Below are positions 1-8,731 of a stretch of DNA of 64,000 nucleotides, piece after piece. The stretch covers positions 6,165-70,164 of the forward strand of contig MFEJ01000023.1 of assembly GCA_001779915.1 (NCBI GenBank), given 5' to 3'. Below the pieces are notes generated by a model. That model did not search any database, was not told where the DNA came from, and saw nothing but the letters and a program-made list of their open reading frames with translations. Position 1 is the stretch's first letter, and every line of letters begins with the position of its first letter. The DNA comes from Candidatus Doudnabacteria bacterium RIFCSPHIGHO2_01_FULL_45_18 (GTDB lineage Bacteria; Patescibacteriota; Doudnabacteria; UBA920; O2-02-FULL-48-8). The position numbers and the translations under genes were made by a program.

Positions 1-418
1 GATCCCGGCGAATTTAAAAAATGTAGTCTGGCCAGTGGGGCGGCTAGACTATTACACCGAAGGCCTTTTAATTCTAACCAATGACGGTGAGTTAACCCAA
101 CTCCTCACCCACCCATCTAAAAAACATGAAAAAGAATACGAAGTCATTCTGGATAAAGAATTATCCGAAGGCCGAATTGAAAAAATTGAGGGCGGGATGA
201 TGATTGATGGAAAAAAAACCGCGCCATCCGATATCCGCACCCAAGGCACAACTGTCTACATCACCATCCGCGAAGGCATGAACCGCCAGGTGCGAAAAAT
301 GTTTGGCAGTTTAGGCTACTCGGTCCGGAACCTCAAGCGCATCCGCATTGGCAAACTTCGGCTAAATGATTTAGAATCAGGACAATATAAGTTTATTACG
401 AAAAAGGACATAATATAA
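1..418 (+). CDS. RNA pseudouridine synthase, RsuA/RluB family (C-terminal part; 5' end lies outside the window)
   Basis: ORF 35..418 stays open in frame back to position 2. Motif GRLDYYTEGLLILTNDGEL...HPS..HEKEY is typical of the RsuA-family catalytic core. Confidence 0.6.
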   Translation, partial: IPANLKNVVWPVGRLDYYTEGLLILTNDGELTQLLTHPSKKHEKEYEVILDKELSEGRIEKIEGGMMIDGKKTAPSDIRTQGTTVYITIREGMNRQVRKMFGSLGYSVRNLKRIRIGKLRLNDLESGQYKFITKKDII

Positions 419-440
419 ATAACAGCATTTGTGGTATAAT
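412..440 (+). promoter_or_regulatory. candidate extended -10 promoter (TGgTATAAT) for the downstream oxidoreductase gene
   Basis: tgtggTATAAT ends at 440, 20 nt upstream of ATG 461. The -35 is weak. Confidence 0.3.
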
Positions 441-460
441 TAACATGTTGTTTTTTTGTC

Positions 461-1696
461 ATGAAACCAAACCAAGAAAAAAAGAATATTGTCATTTTAG
501 GCGGCGGCTACGCCGGAGTCCGCGCAGCTTTGGATTTAAATAACTACTTGCACGATAGTAGTGAATACGAAATCATTCTAATCGACCGCCAAGATTATCA
601 GACTTACTATTCCGGCCTGTATGAAGCGGCTGCCACGGAACATGCGCTCGTGGATGCGAAAAAAGTTAAACGCACGGTGGCCATCCCGTTTACCGAAATT
701 TTCAGCAAAACCCGGGTCAAAGTGTTTAAAGCCTTCATTGACCGGATTGACATCGCGGAGGGAAAAGTGATCACTGATTCGCGGATCATGCCGTTTGACT
801 ATCTGGTGGTCGCCATGGGCTCGGTGGCTGATTTTTATGGCATTCCGAATTTGGATAAATATGGCTTTACGCTCAAAAGCCTGGAAGACGCGATCATGAT
901 CCGCAACCGCGTGGAGGAACTGGTGGTAAAAAAAGATTCCGGACAAATTATTATCGGCGGCGGCGGGTTTGCAGGCGCCGAATTTGCCGGGGAATTACAT
1001 AACCTGCTGAAACACGAATGCCAACAGCACCAGAAAGACCCTAATAATTTTAAAATTTTAGTGGTTGAGGGCGGGTCCAACTTTTTGCCTGGGTTGTCGG
1101 ACAAAGTCTCGGCAATTATCAGCCATCGAACCGCACAAATGGGCATTGAAGCAAAGTTTTCCACCCTGATCACAGAAGCTGGATCCGGATATGTAATTTT
1201 AAATCTGAAGGATCGAATGGAGTGTGATTTGCTGATCTGGACCGGGGGGGTGAAATCCTGCCGCTTGCCGGTGCTCATCAATCTGGAACGTGATAAAAAA
1301 GACCGAACATTGGTGGAGCCAGTGTTAAATCTGAAAAACTACCCGCAGGTGTTTGTGATTGGTGATAACGCCTGCGTAACTGATCCGAAAACCAAAAAGG
1401 CCACAGCCCAAACCGCGCAGGAAGCCATCAACCAAGCCAAGTATACGGCGAAAAATATTTATCGCTCCATCACACAAAAGCCCCTGCTGCCCTATCACGC
1501 CGGCCCTGTTCGGTTTATTATTCCCGTGACTGGTAAATATGCCGTGTTCTATACGCCGAATTTGATCATTGCAGGCTTGGCCGGCTGGGTGGTGCGCAAA
1601 CTTGCCGATCTAAGGTATTTTAGTTCCATCTTGCCAATTTTTACCGCCCTAAAATTCTGGCTATTTGAAAATAAAATCTTCATGAAGAATGATTAG
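461..1696 (+). CDS. ndh: type II NADH dehydrogenase / FAD-dependent pyridine nucleotide-disulfide oxidoreductase
   Basis: Two Rossmann motifs (IVILGGGYAGV and IIIGGGGFAGAEFAGEL); 411 aa, NDH-2-like layout. Confidence 0.65.
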   Translation: MKPNQEKKNIVILGGGYAGVRAALDLNNYLHDSSEYEIILIDRQDYQTYYSGLYEAAATEHALVDAKKVKRTVAIPFTEIFSKTRVKVFKAFIDRIDIAEGKVITDSRIMPFDYLVVAMGSVADFYGIPNLDKYGFTLKSLEDAIMIRNRVEELVVKKDSGQIIIGGGGFAGAEFAGELHNLLKHECQQHQKDPNNFKILVVEGGSNFLPGLSDKVSAIISHRTAQMGIEAKFSTLITEAGSGYVILNLKDRMECDLLIWTGGVKSCRLPVLINLERDKKDRTLVEPVLNLKNYPQVFVIGDNACVTDPKTKKATAQTAQEAINQAKYTAKNIYRSITQKPLLPYHAGPVRFIIPVTGKYAVFYTPNLIIAGLAGWVVRKLADLRYFSSILPIFTALKFWLFENKIFMKND

Positions 1697-1817
1697 CAAT
1701 AAACCTTACTAACCAAGACCTTTAAATTATCATTTTTCTGGATATTTTGTTGATAACTTGTCAGTAACCAGTGTACAAAAAACGGCCCCTATATATCGGA
1801 GCCGTTTGTTTATAGAT

Positions 1818-4658
1818 TTAACTGACTTTCAATTTTTCTTTGAGCACCCTGGCCAAGTATTGGCCGGTATAACTTCGTTTAACCCGCGCGACTTCTTCCG
1901 GCGTACCCACAGCCACCACTTCCCCGCCTTTGTTGCCCCCTTCCGGGCCCAGATCAATCACCCAGTCCGCGGATTTGATGACATCCAAATTATGTTCAAT
2001 CACAAGCACGGTGTTGCCCTTCTCCACTAAACGGCTCAAAACCCTAAGCAATCTTTTCACATCATCAAAATGCAAGCCAGTTGTCGGCTCGTCCAGAATA
2101 TATAAGGTACGGCCGGTTGAAGCGCGGGATAATTCTGAAGATAATTTAATTCGCTGGGCCTCGCCACCGGACAAAGTAGTGGCTTGCTGGCCCAAATGCA
2201 TGTAACCCAAACCCACGAGGGACAAAGTTTCCAGTTTGCGGGCAATCAGCGGGACAGCACGGAAAAACACATGGGCTTCGTCCACAGTCATTTCTAAAAC
2301 ATCCGAAATATTTTTGCCTTTGTAGTGAATGTCCAAGGCTTCCTTGTTATAACGCTTGCCTTTACATTCCTCACATGCCACATACACGTCTGGCAAGAAA
2401 TGCATTTCAATTTTTATAACCCCATCCCCGCCGCAAACCTCGCAGCGGCCACCCTTCACATTAAAGCTAAACCGGCCAGCTTTGTACCCGCGCATTCTAG
2501 CTTCTGGCACTGCCGCAAACAGATCACGGATGTAGGTAAAAACACCAGTATAAGTGGCGGGATTTGATCTGGGAGTGCGGCCAATCGGTGATTGATCAAT
2601 GTTTATAACCTTATCAATATTATCAATGCCTAAAATTTTCTTGTGTTCCCCGGGTGATTCCTTGGCATTATAAAAATATGCAGACAAAGCCTTGGCCAAA
2701 ATTTCGTTAAGCAAGGTTGATTTGCCGGATCCCGACACGCCGGTCAAACACACAAACTTTGACAAGGGAATTTCTACGTCTATATTTTTCAAATTGTTTT
2801 CGGTAGCACCCACGATTTTCAAAGTTTTACTATTGCCCTTTTTTCTGGCTTGCGGCACAGCCACACTTTCCTGACCAGATAAATATTTACCAGTCAAAGA
2901 TTGTTTATCCTTGGCAATCTGGGCGGGCGTGCCCTCGGCCACCACTTCCCCGCCATGCTTGCCCGCTCCGGGACCGATGTCCACCACCCAATCCGATTCC
3001 CAAATCGTTTCTTCGTCATGTTCAACCACAATGACCGTGTTGCCGAGGTCGCGCAGATTTTTCAAAGTCTTAAGCAAGCGTGCATTGTCGCGCTGATGCA
3101 GCCCGATGGAGGGCTCATCCAAAATATACAGAACCCCGGTTAAACCAGAACCGATTTGCGTGGCGAGCCGAATGCGCTGGGCTTCCCCGCCGGACAAAGT
3201 GTCAGCCGAGCGATCTAAGGTTAAGTAATTTAACCCCACATCCAGCAAGAAACTTAACCGCGCCGCGATTTCTTTAAAAATCTGGTGCGCGATTTTCATA
3301 TCTTTTTCGGAAAACTTTTTGGGTAAACTTTCGAAAAACACAACCGCATCATCAATGCTATAATTCGCCACATCCACAATGGATTTATCGTCAATGTGTA
3401 CTGCCAAAAACTCGGGTCGTAAACGCTGGCCTTTGCAAGTGGGACACTTGCTCACCCGCATGTACTGCTCAATCTCGCTGCGCATATAATCTGATTCGGT
3501 TTCTTTATACTTGCGCTCCAAGTTTGGGATCACACCATCAAATGTCGTGTGCCGACCATATCCGGACTCATCTTGAACGTCAATCTTGCGCTCCCCAGTA
3601 CCGTACAGAATCGCGTCCAGAGCTTTTTTAGGTAAATCTCTCACTGGCACATGGACCGAAAAACCATATTCTTTCGTCACAGCTTCCAAAACGCGTGAGT
3701 ACCAAGACAGCCTGGAAGTTGTTTTACTCCATGGACGAATCGCCCCTTCAGCTAAAGTCAATTTTGGATTCGGAATGACCAATTCGTGATCAATTTCCAG
3801 TCTGGTGCCCAAACCCGTACAGTCCGGACAAGCACCGTGCGGTGAATTGAAAGAAAAATTACGCGGATTTAATTCCGGCAAATTCATGTGCCCTTCCGGA
3901 CACGCAAAATTGGACGACAAGAGCATCTCTTCGCCGCCATCTTTCTGAATAATCACGGAGTCGTTGCCTAAATCAAGCGCGGTTTCTAAAGAATCAGCCA
4001 AGCGCGCCCGATCAGAACGATCCAACACAATCCGATCCACCACCACGTCAATCGTATGTTTTTTCTTTTTGTCCACATGAAGCTGCAAAGCTTCGTTCAA
4101 GTCCATGACCGTGCCGTCAAAACGCACGCGCTGGTAGCCGGATTTTTTGGCTTCTTCCAGCAAATGTTTGTGCTCACCCTTCATATCTTTAACCAAAGGG
4201 GCTAAGATTACAAATTTCGTGCCTGTCGGCCAAGCGGAGATCTGATCCACCATTTGGGTCACAGACTGGCCTATAATTTTCTTGCCGCAAACCGGACAAT
4301 GCGGCACACCCACGCGCGCGTAAAGCAACCGCAAGTAGTCGTAAATTTCCGTCACAGTTCCCACGGTTGATCTGGGATTATGAGAAGCGGATTTCTGGTC
4401 AATGGAAATTGCCGGGGATAAGCCTTCAATTTTGTCCACATCCGGTTTGTCCATGAGACCCAAAAACTGTCTGGCATAAGCTGACAAGGATTCCACATAC
4501 CGACGCTGACCTTCGGCATAGATCGTATCAAACGCGAGAGAAGATTTACCGCTACCCGAAAGACCCGTGATCACCACGAGTTTGTTTCTTGGGATATCCA
4601 AGTTGATGTTTTTGAGGTTATGAACCCTGGCGCCCCGAATAACGATTTTTTCTTGCAT
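1818..4658 (-). CDS. uvrA: excinuclease ABC subunit A
   Basis: 946 aa; two ABC ATPase modules ([20 protein letters not shown]), zinc-finger cysteines, LSGGEAQR signature twice. Confidence 0.95.
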   Translation of the reverse strand: MQEKIVIRGARVHNLKNINLDIPRNKLVVITGLSGSGKSSLAFDTIYAEGQRRYVESLSAYARQFLGLMDKPDVDKIEGLSPAISIDQKSASHNPRSTVGTVTEIYDYLRLLYARVGVPHCPVCGKKIIGQSVTQMVDQISAWPTGTKFVILAPLVKDMKGEHKHLLEEAKKSGYQRVRFDGTVMDLNEALQLHVDKKKKHTIDVVVDRIVLDRSDRARLADSLETALDLGNDSVIIQKDGGEEMLLSSNFACPEGHMNLPELNPRNFSFNSPHGACPDCTGLGTRLEIDHELVIPNPKLTLAEGAIRPWSKTTSRLSWYSRVLEAVTKEYGFSVHVPVRDLPKKALDAILYGTGERKIDVQDESGYGRHTTFDGVIPNLERKYKETESDYMRSEIEQYMRVSKCPTCKGQRLRPEFLAVHIDDKSIVDVANYSIDDAVVFFESLPKKFSEKDMKIAHQIFKEIAARLSFLLDVGLNYLTLDRSADTLSGGEAQRIRLATQIGSGLTGVLYILDEPSIGLHQRDNARLLKTLKNLRDLGNTVIVVEHDEETIWESDWVVDIGPGAGKHGGEVVAEGTPAQIAKDKQSLTGKYLSGQESVAVPQARKKGNSKTLKIVGATENNLKNIDVEIPLSKFVCLTGVSGSGKSTLLNEILAKALSAYFYNAKESPGEHKKILGIDNIDKVINIDQSPIGRTPRSNPATYTGVFTYIRDLFAAVPEARMRGYKAGRFSFNVKGGRCEVCGGDGVIKIEMHFLPDVYVACEECKGKRYNKEALDIHYKGKNISDVLEMTVDEAHVFFRAVPLIARKLETLSLVGLGYMHLGQQATTLSGGEAQRIKLSSELSRASTGRTLYILDEPTTGLHFDDVKRLLRVLSRLVEKGNTVLVIEHNLDVIKSADWVIDLGPEGGNKGGEVVAVGTPEEVARVKRSYTGQYLARVLKEKLKVS

Positions 4659-4744
4659 AAAGAGGTCAGTCTCGGATTCTAAAATTAGCGACGACTATAT
4701 AGCCCTGTTTATAAGGGCTGTAATTAAGCCAACATAGTATATAT

Positions 4745-4785
4745 AAAAAAAATCGCCGGCGCAAGGGGGTGACCTTGGGCCGGCG
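4745..4785 (-). terminator. rho-independent terminator for the 132-aa minus-strand gene
   Basis: Stem CGCCGGC...GCCGGCG (4754-4785) followed on the minus strand by a U-run (A-run 4745-4752 on the plus strand). Confidence 0.5.
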
Positions 4786-4792
4786 AAACAGA

Positions 4793-5191
4793 TCAGTAAA
4801 GCAAAGATCGGAAGTCCTCTACTCCATGCGGACGCTTATAGATGGTCAAATCCTCACCTTCGGGATAAGGACGAACTGTTCCCACTACCACATATAAGCA
4901 ATCGAGGCCGGACCTCCATCGGGATATTCCTGTCTGTTGGTGAAGCGTGATTCCGGGTGCGTCCCACTCAATCTCTTCGACTCGAAACACTCTCGGTCGC
5001 TTGAGCCGACCCATCCGCGAGCCGGAAGCCACCCAGACCCGACTGTCCGGAAACGGCTTGAGTCTATTGAAAGGAATCTTGTGGTTAGCGCGCTTGCAAG
5101 CTATGTCCCTATACTCAAAGTGACCATTGTATACGATGCGCCAGAGCCAAGGATACTCCTTCTCCCACTTTGCCCATTCTGAATATTCCAT
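4793..5191 (-). CDS. hypothetical protein (Trp-rich N-terminus); own terminator; no recognisable domain
   Basis: 132-aa ORF with a downstream terminator and moderately elevated GC; member of a three-gene minus-strand cluster between uvrA and uvrC. Confidence 0.4.
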   Translation of the reverse strand: MEYSEWAKWEKEYPWLWRIVYNGHFEYRDIACKRANHKIPFNRLKPFPDSRVWVASGSRMGRLKRPRVFRVEEIEWDAPGITLHQQTGISRWRSGLDCLYVVVGTVRPYPEGEDLTIYKRPHGVEDFRSLLY

Positions 5192-5306
5192 ACCTGATCC
5201 TCCTGGATCTTTGAGCCATCACGGCAACTGGTAAATGTCTTGCAGCAAAATTACCGCAGGACAGCTCAATATACTATGATCTCATCCTCACCGTCAATAA
5301 CAAATC

Positions 5307-5337
5307 GCATGGAGCATTTTCTGCGCGGCCGAGCAAG
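5307..5337. repeat. 31-bp direct repeat copy A (TTTTCTGCGCGGCCGAGCAAGATTGGACTCA)
   Basis: Matches 5875..5905 with one mismatch (26 bp perfect). A GC-rich repeat in AT-rich intergenic DNA, bracketing gene 5352..5840. Confidence 0.8.
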
Positions 5338-5351
5338 ATTGGACTCACTTG

Positions 5352-5840
5352 CTATTCTAGCAAATTCATTTTCGCGGAAAAAATGCTGATATCACTTTTC
5401 AACTTCAGTTCTTCAATCAAATCTCTGATGTCTTGTGAGATTTCAAATGGACTTAAAAAACAACTCTCTTTGATTTGAGTATAGCCATTCCTGACCAAGA
5501 AGCGTCGGAACATATCACGGGCATTGTGTTTCTCTTCCGGGATATCAAAAATTATCAAAGTCGAAAAGCCGTCCGTCCTTGTTTTCTTCGTAACTGCCTT
5601 GCTTCTTAAAAACTTAGCTTTCTTTGTAATCACAAATACATGGCCATTCGCTGTCTTGGTTTTTTTCACTAAACCATGTTTTTCAAATCTTTTAAGCTTC
5701 TTAAGGTACCCTGACCGAGTTAAATTTATTCCATTCATCTGACCGTACGACTTGAAAACCAATCCCTCAGGTTCCACTTTGCTGATCATCTTAAATAATT
5801 CCCAGGTCAATCTTGCCGCTGCTCTTCTTGAGCTCATCAT
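5352..5840 (-). CDS. winged-helix DNA-binding protein with C-terminal Cas2-like (PaaX_C-like) domain
   Basis: The N-terminal GINLTRSGYLKKLKRFEKHGLV segment is wHTH-like. The C-terminal IIFDIPEEKHNARDMFRRFLVRNGYTQIKESCFLSPF matches the Cas2/PaaX_C pattern. A paralog lies at 53929..54495. Confidence 0.55.
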   Translation of the reverse strand: MMSSRRAAARLTWELFKMISKVEPEGLVFKSYGQMNGINLTRSGYLKKLKRFEKHGLVKKTKTANGHVFVITKKAKFLRSKAVTKKTRTDGFSTLIIFDIPEEKHNARDMFRRFLVRNGYTQIKESCFLSPFEISQDIRDLIEELKLKSDISIFSAKMNLLE

Positions 5841-5874
5841 AATATTTGATTTTAATGATATCTATAGTGTATAC

Positions 5875-5905
5875 TTTTTTGCGCGGCCGAGCAAGATTGG
5901 ACTCA
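5875..5905. repeat. 31-bp direct repeat copy B
   Basis: TTTTTTGCGCGGCCGAGCAAGATTGGACTCA; partner of 5307..5337. Confidence 0.8.
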
Positions 5906-5923
5906 TAAATGTATTATGAAAAT

Positions 5924-5975
5924 AAAAAAACCGCCCTGGTAAGACTCGTCAGATGAGTCAAGATCCTCGGGCGGC
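5924..5975 (-). terminator. rho-independent terminator for the 96-aa minus-strand gene
   Basis: Minus-strand GGGCGG...stem...CCGCCC followed by a run of seven or more T. Confidence 0.5.
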
Positions 5976-5978
5976 GTA

Positions 5979-6269
5979 CTAGTTGTTTAGCGCTTGATGA
6001 TGTCGATCGATCAAGCTTTCCATGAGCATCAATGGGATGCGCTGATCAAGGGCGCTGAACAATTGGGAAAAGGTGATCTCTTCTCCTCTTGCATCCGCCT
6101 GGGCAACTTCGTCATTGATCGCCCGCCGAAAAACTGCAGTAAAGTCATCAACCGTAAGACCCGGTCGCTCTTGAAAGAACTCGGGGTTATCTGCAAAAAA
6201 ATCTTTAAAACCTGCTAGGACAGCTTCGACGACCAGCTCCCATCTTTCGGGAGTCATGGTGATCTCCAT
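5979..6269 (-). CDS. hypothetical small acidic protein
   Basis: 96-aa ORF with its own terminator; no recognisable motif. Confidence 0.35.
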   Translation of the reverse strand: MEITMTPERWELVVEAVLAGFKDFFADNPEFFQERPGLTVDDFTAVFRRAINDEVAQADARGEEITFSQLFSALDQRIPLMLMESLIDRHHQALNN

Positions 6270-6411
6270 GTTCCCTCCTTAGACGTTACTCTTTGAAGAA
6301 AGTATAATACTTCCAGGCGAAAATCGCTAGCGTTTGCTCATGACTAAAGTACTGAGCATGCTACTGAGCAAAGTAAGTACCTATCTCTAGAGATATCTCT
6401 ATACCATTCCT

Positions 6412-8256
6412 ATGAATAAAACCGTCTCGCAAAAACTTAAAAGCCTCCCCCAGAAACCCGGCGTGTATGTTTTTAAAGACGCCAAAGGGTTGGTTCTTTA
6501 TGTGGGCAAGGCGGTGAAATTAAAAAACCGGGTGTCTTCGTATTTCAAAAAAACCGGTGGGGACAACCGCGGCCCCAGAATCCAATTAATGATTTCCCAG
6601 ATCAAGGATCTGGATTATACGGTTTGCGACAATGAGCTCGAAAGTCTGATCCTAGAAAATAACTTTATCAAACAACTCAAGCCCAAATACAACGTCATGC
6701 TGCAGGACGATAAAAACTACCTGTTTCTGAAGATCAATATTAAAGACGAAATTCCGACCATTGGATACGAAAGAAAAATCCTGGATAAATCCGCTCGCTA
6801 CTTCGGCCCGTACACTTCTTCCGTAGCCATCAAAGACACCTTGCGCTTGGTAAGGAAAATTTTTCCATATTGTGCCAATGCCAAGGTTTCCCAGAAACCC
6901 TGTTTTTACTACCACATTGGCAAATGCCCGGGCGTTTGCTTTGGCAAAATCACGCTGGAAGAATACAGAAATAACTACATCAAACCGATTATGCAGTTTT
7001 TAGAAGGTCACCGATCCGAAATTCTCAAAGACTTGCAAGCTCAAATGCGAATTTTTGCCACCCATAAAAAATTCGAAAAAGCGGCAAAAATTCGCGACCA
7101 GATTTTTGCTCTTAATCGCATGCTGGAACGGCAAAAATTAGTGTATCCGAAAAAAATTGACCAAGATGTGTTCTCGATTTTTCAAGATAGGGTGACTTGT
7201 ATCAATTTGTTCATCATCCGAGAAGGCAAAATGATTCAAAAAGAAAACTTTATCCTGGAAAACACCAAACAGCTCTCTCCTGCGGAAATTTTAGAAAACT
7301 TTTTGCCGCGCTACTATCTGGAAGCCAGCAATTGGCCTAAGAAAATTTTGCTACCTGTGGAAATTGATTTCGAACCATTGCGAGGAGTCCGGTCAGATGA
7401 CCGGACGACGAAGCAATCTTACGACAGATCGCCACGCGCCTTCGGCGCTCGCGATGGGCATATTAAAATCGTTATCCCGACCCGAGGCACTAAACTACAG
7501 CTCATGAAACTGGGCGAAAAGAATGCTCAACAGTACTTAGAAGCCCAAGGCGACAAACATTTGCTTGAGGAAGCGCGCCTCTTGTCTTCGCTGAAAGAAC
7601 TCCAGCGCGTGCTGGATTTGCCTGCGCTTCCCGGAAGAATTGAAGCTTATGATATTTCCAACATCCAAGGCACCAATCCGGTCGGATCCATGATTGTCTT
7701 TGATTTCGCAAGGCCAAAAAAATCCGATTACCGCAAATTTAAAATCAAACGCCGGACCGTGTCCGCCGAAGGCTTGCCGAAGGCGGATGACTTTGCCATG
7801 ATGCGGGAAATGCTCGACCGGAGATTCAAAAACGGTTGGTCTAGGCCGGATTTGATCTTAATTGATGGCGGCAAAGGGCAGCTTTCCAGCGCAGTCAGTG
7901 TTCTGAAACAAAATAAGCTAAATATCCCAATTATTGGTCTGGCGAAAAGGCTTGAGGAGATTTTCCTGCCCGCAAAAAAACATCCGATTATGTTGCGCGA
8001 TAATTCCATTGCCCTGTTCCTCCTCCAAAGGATCCGTGATGAAGCGCACCGGTTTGCAGTCAAATACCATCGCCAACTTCGATCAAAAACATCACTCACT
8101 TCGGTTCTGGATCAAATCAGCGGCATTGGGGAAGGGAGAAAGAAACAATTGTTACAAAAATTTGGTTCCCCACGCCTTGTTCGCGAAGCTTCGATCACTG
8201 ACCTGGCCGCGATTGTAGGCAAAACTCTTGCGGAAAAAATCAAAGCCAGCCTGTAA
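6412..8256 (+). CDS. uvrC: excinuclease ABC subunit C, carrying an in-frame repeat-element insertion
   Basis: N-terminal GIY-YIG motif (GVYVFKDAKGLVLYVGKA); UvrC homology region and C-terminal HhH; 614 aa. Confidence 0.9.
   Translation: MNKTVSQKLKSLPQKPGVYVFKDAKGLVLYVGKAVKLKNRVSSYFKKTGGDNRGPRIQLMISQIKDLDYTVCDNELESLILENNFIKQLKPKYNVMLQDDKNYLFLKINIKDEIPTIGYERKILDKSARYFGPYTSSVAIKDTLRLVRKIFPYCANAKVSQKPCFYYHIGKCPGVCFGKITLEEYRNNYIKPIMQFLEGHRSEILKDLQAQMRIFATHKKFEKAAKIRDQIFALNRMLERQKLVYPKKIDQDVFSIFQDRVTCINLFIIREGKMIQKENFILENTKQLSPAEILENFLPRYYLEASNWPKKILLPVEIDFEPLRGVRSDDRTTKQSYDRSPRAFGARDGHIKIVIPTRGTKLQLMKLGEKNAQQYLEAQGDKHLLEEARLLSSLKELQRVLDLPALPGRIEAYDISNIQGTNPVGSMIVFDFARPKKSDYRKFKIKRRTVSAEGLPKADDFAMMREMLDRRFKNGWSRPDLILIDGGKGQLSSAVSVLKQNKLNIPIIGLAKRLEEIFLPAKKHPIMLRDNSIALFLLQRIRDEAHRFAVKYHRQLRSKTSLTSVLDQISGIGEGRKKQLLQKFGSPRLVREASITDLAAIVGKTLAEKIKASL
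7365..7447 (+). repeat. family A palindromic element, copy 1 (in-frame inside uvrC)
   Basis: CCATTGCGAGGAG...GACGAAGCAATC...GCGCCTTCGGCGCTCGCGATGG. Translated as PLRGVRSDDRTTKQSYDRSPRAFGARDG inside the UvrC ORF. Confidence 0.85.
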
Positions 8257-8260
8257 GTAC

Positions 8261-8371
8261 CCATCGCGAGCGACTGCTTGATCATATGGCTTTTATCTTG
8301 GCAGTCGCGTGGCGATCCCTCATAAGAGAGATTGCCACGCCTGCCTGTCCGGTAGGCAGGGCAGGCAGGTC
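8261..8371 (-). repeat. family A element, truncated copy 6, fused to a family B GC palindrome
   Basis: Begins 5 bp after the uvrC stop. CCATCGCGAGCGACTGC...GCAGTCGCGTGGCGATC matches the expanded-loop variant of copy 5; then CTGCCTGTCCGGTAGGCAGGGCAGGCAGG. Confidence 0.7.
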
Positions 8372-8496
8372 GCCGCCAAAATTTAATCTTAACGATACAG
8401 CGGCTCCTCGCAATGGGTTGACGTCTAGCTCTTTTTCTGGCAATATATTTGGGTCTCAAATCTACCAACTACCTACTACTAATTACTCACTAATTT

Positions 8497-8724
8497 ATGC
8501 ATATCTCACAAAACATCCTGACTTTTGCCCTAATCGTTAATAGCGTACTGCTGATCATCACGATTCTTTTGCAACAGCGCGAAGGCGGCCTGTCTACGGT
8601 ATTTGGCGGTGAAGGCGCCATTTACCGACAAAAGCGTGGGTTGGCCAAGGGCCTGCATTATTCCACAATTTTTTTGGTGGTCGTGTTTGTGGCCATCTCG
8701 GTCCTCATCCTATTTCTGAAATAG
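8497..8724 (+). CDS. secG: preprotein translocase subunit SecG
   Basis: 75 aa, two TM segments, LLQQREGGLSTVFGG motif typical of SecG. Confidence 0.6.
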   Translation: MHISQNILTFALIVNSVLLIITILLQQREGGLSTVFGGEGAIYRQKRGLAKGLHYSTIFLVVVFVAISVLILFLK

Positions 8725-8731
8725 ATATCTG

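Noticed and set aside
4793-5191. HNH endonuclease or IS200-type transposase assignment for the 132-aa protein
   Set aside because: No CxxC...HxxH or HuH motif spacing could be matched convincingly, so it is left as hypothetical.
5307-5905. A possible minimal CRISPR array formed by the two 31-bp direct repeats
   Set aside because: There are only two copies, the spacer is 537 bp and contains a complete gene, and no cas genes other than a Cas2-like fold domain are present. The layout fits cassette or operator repeats better.
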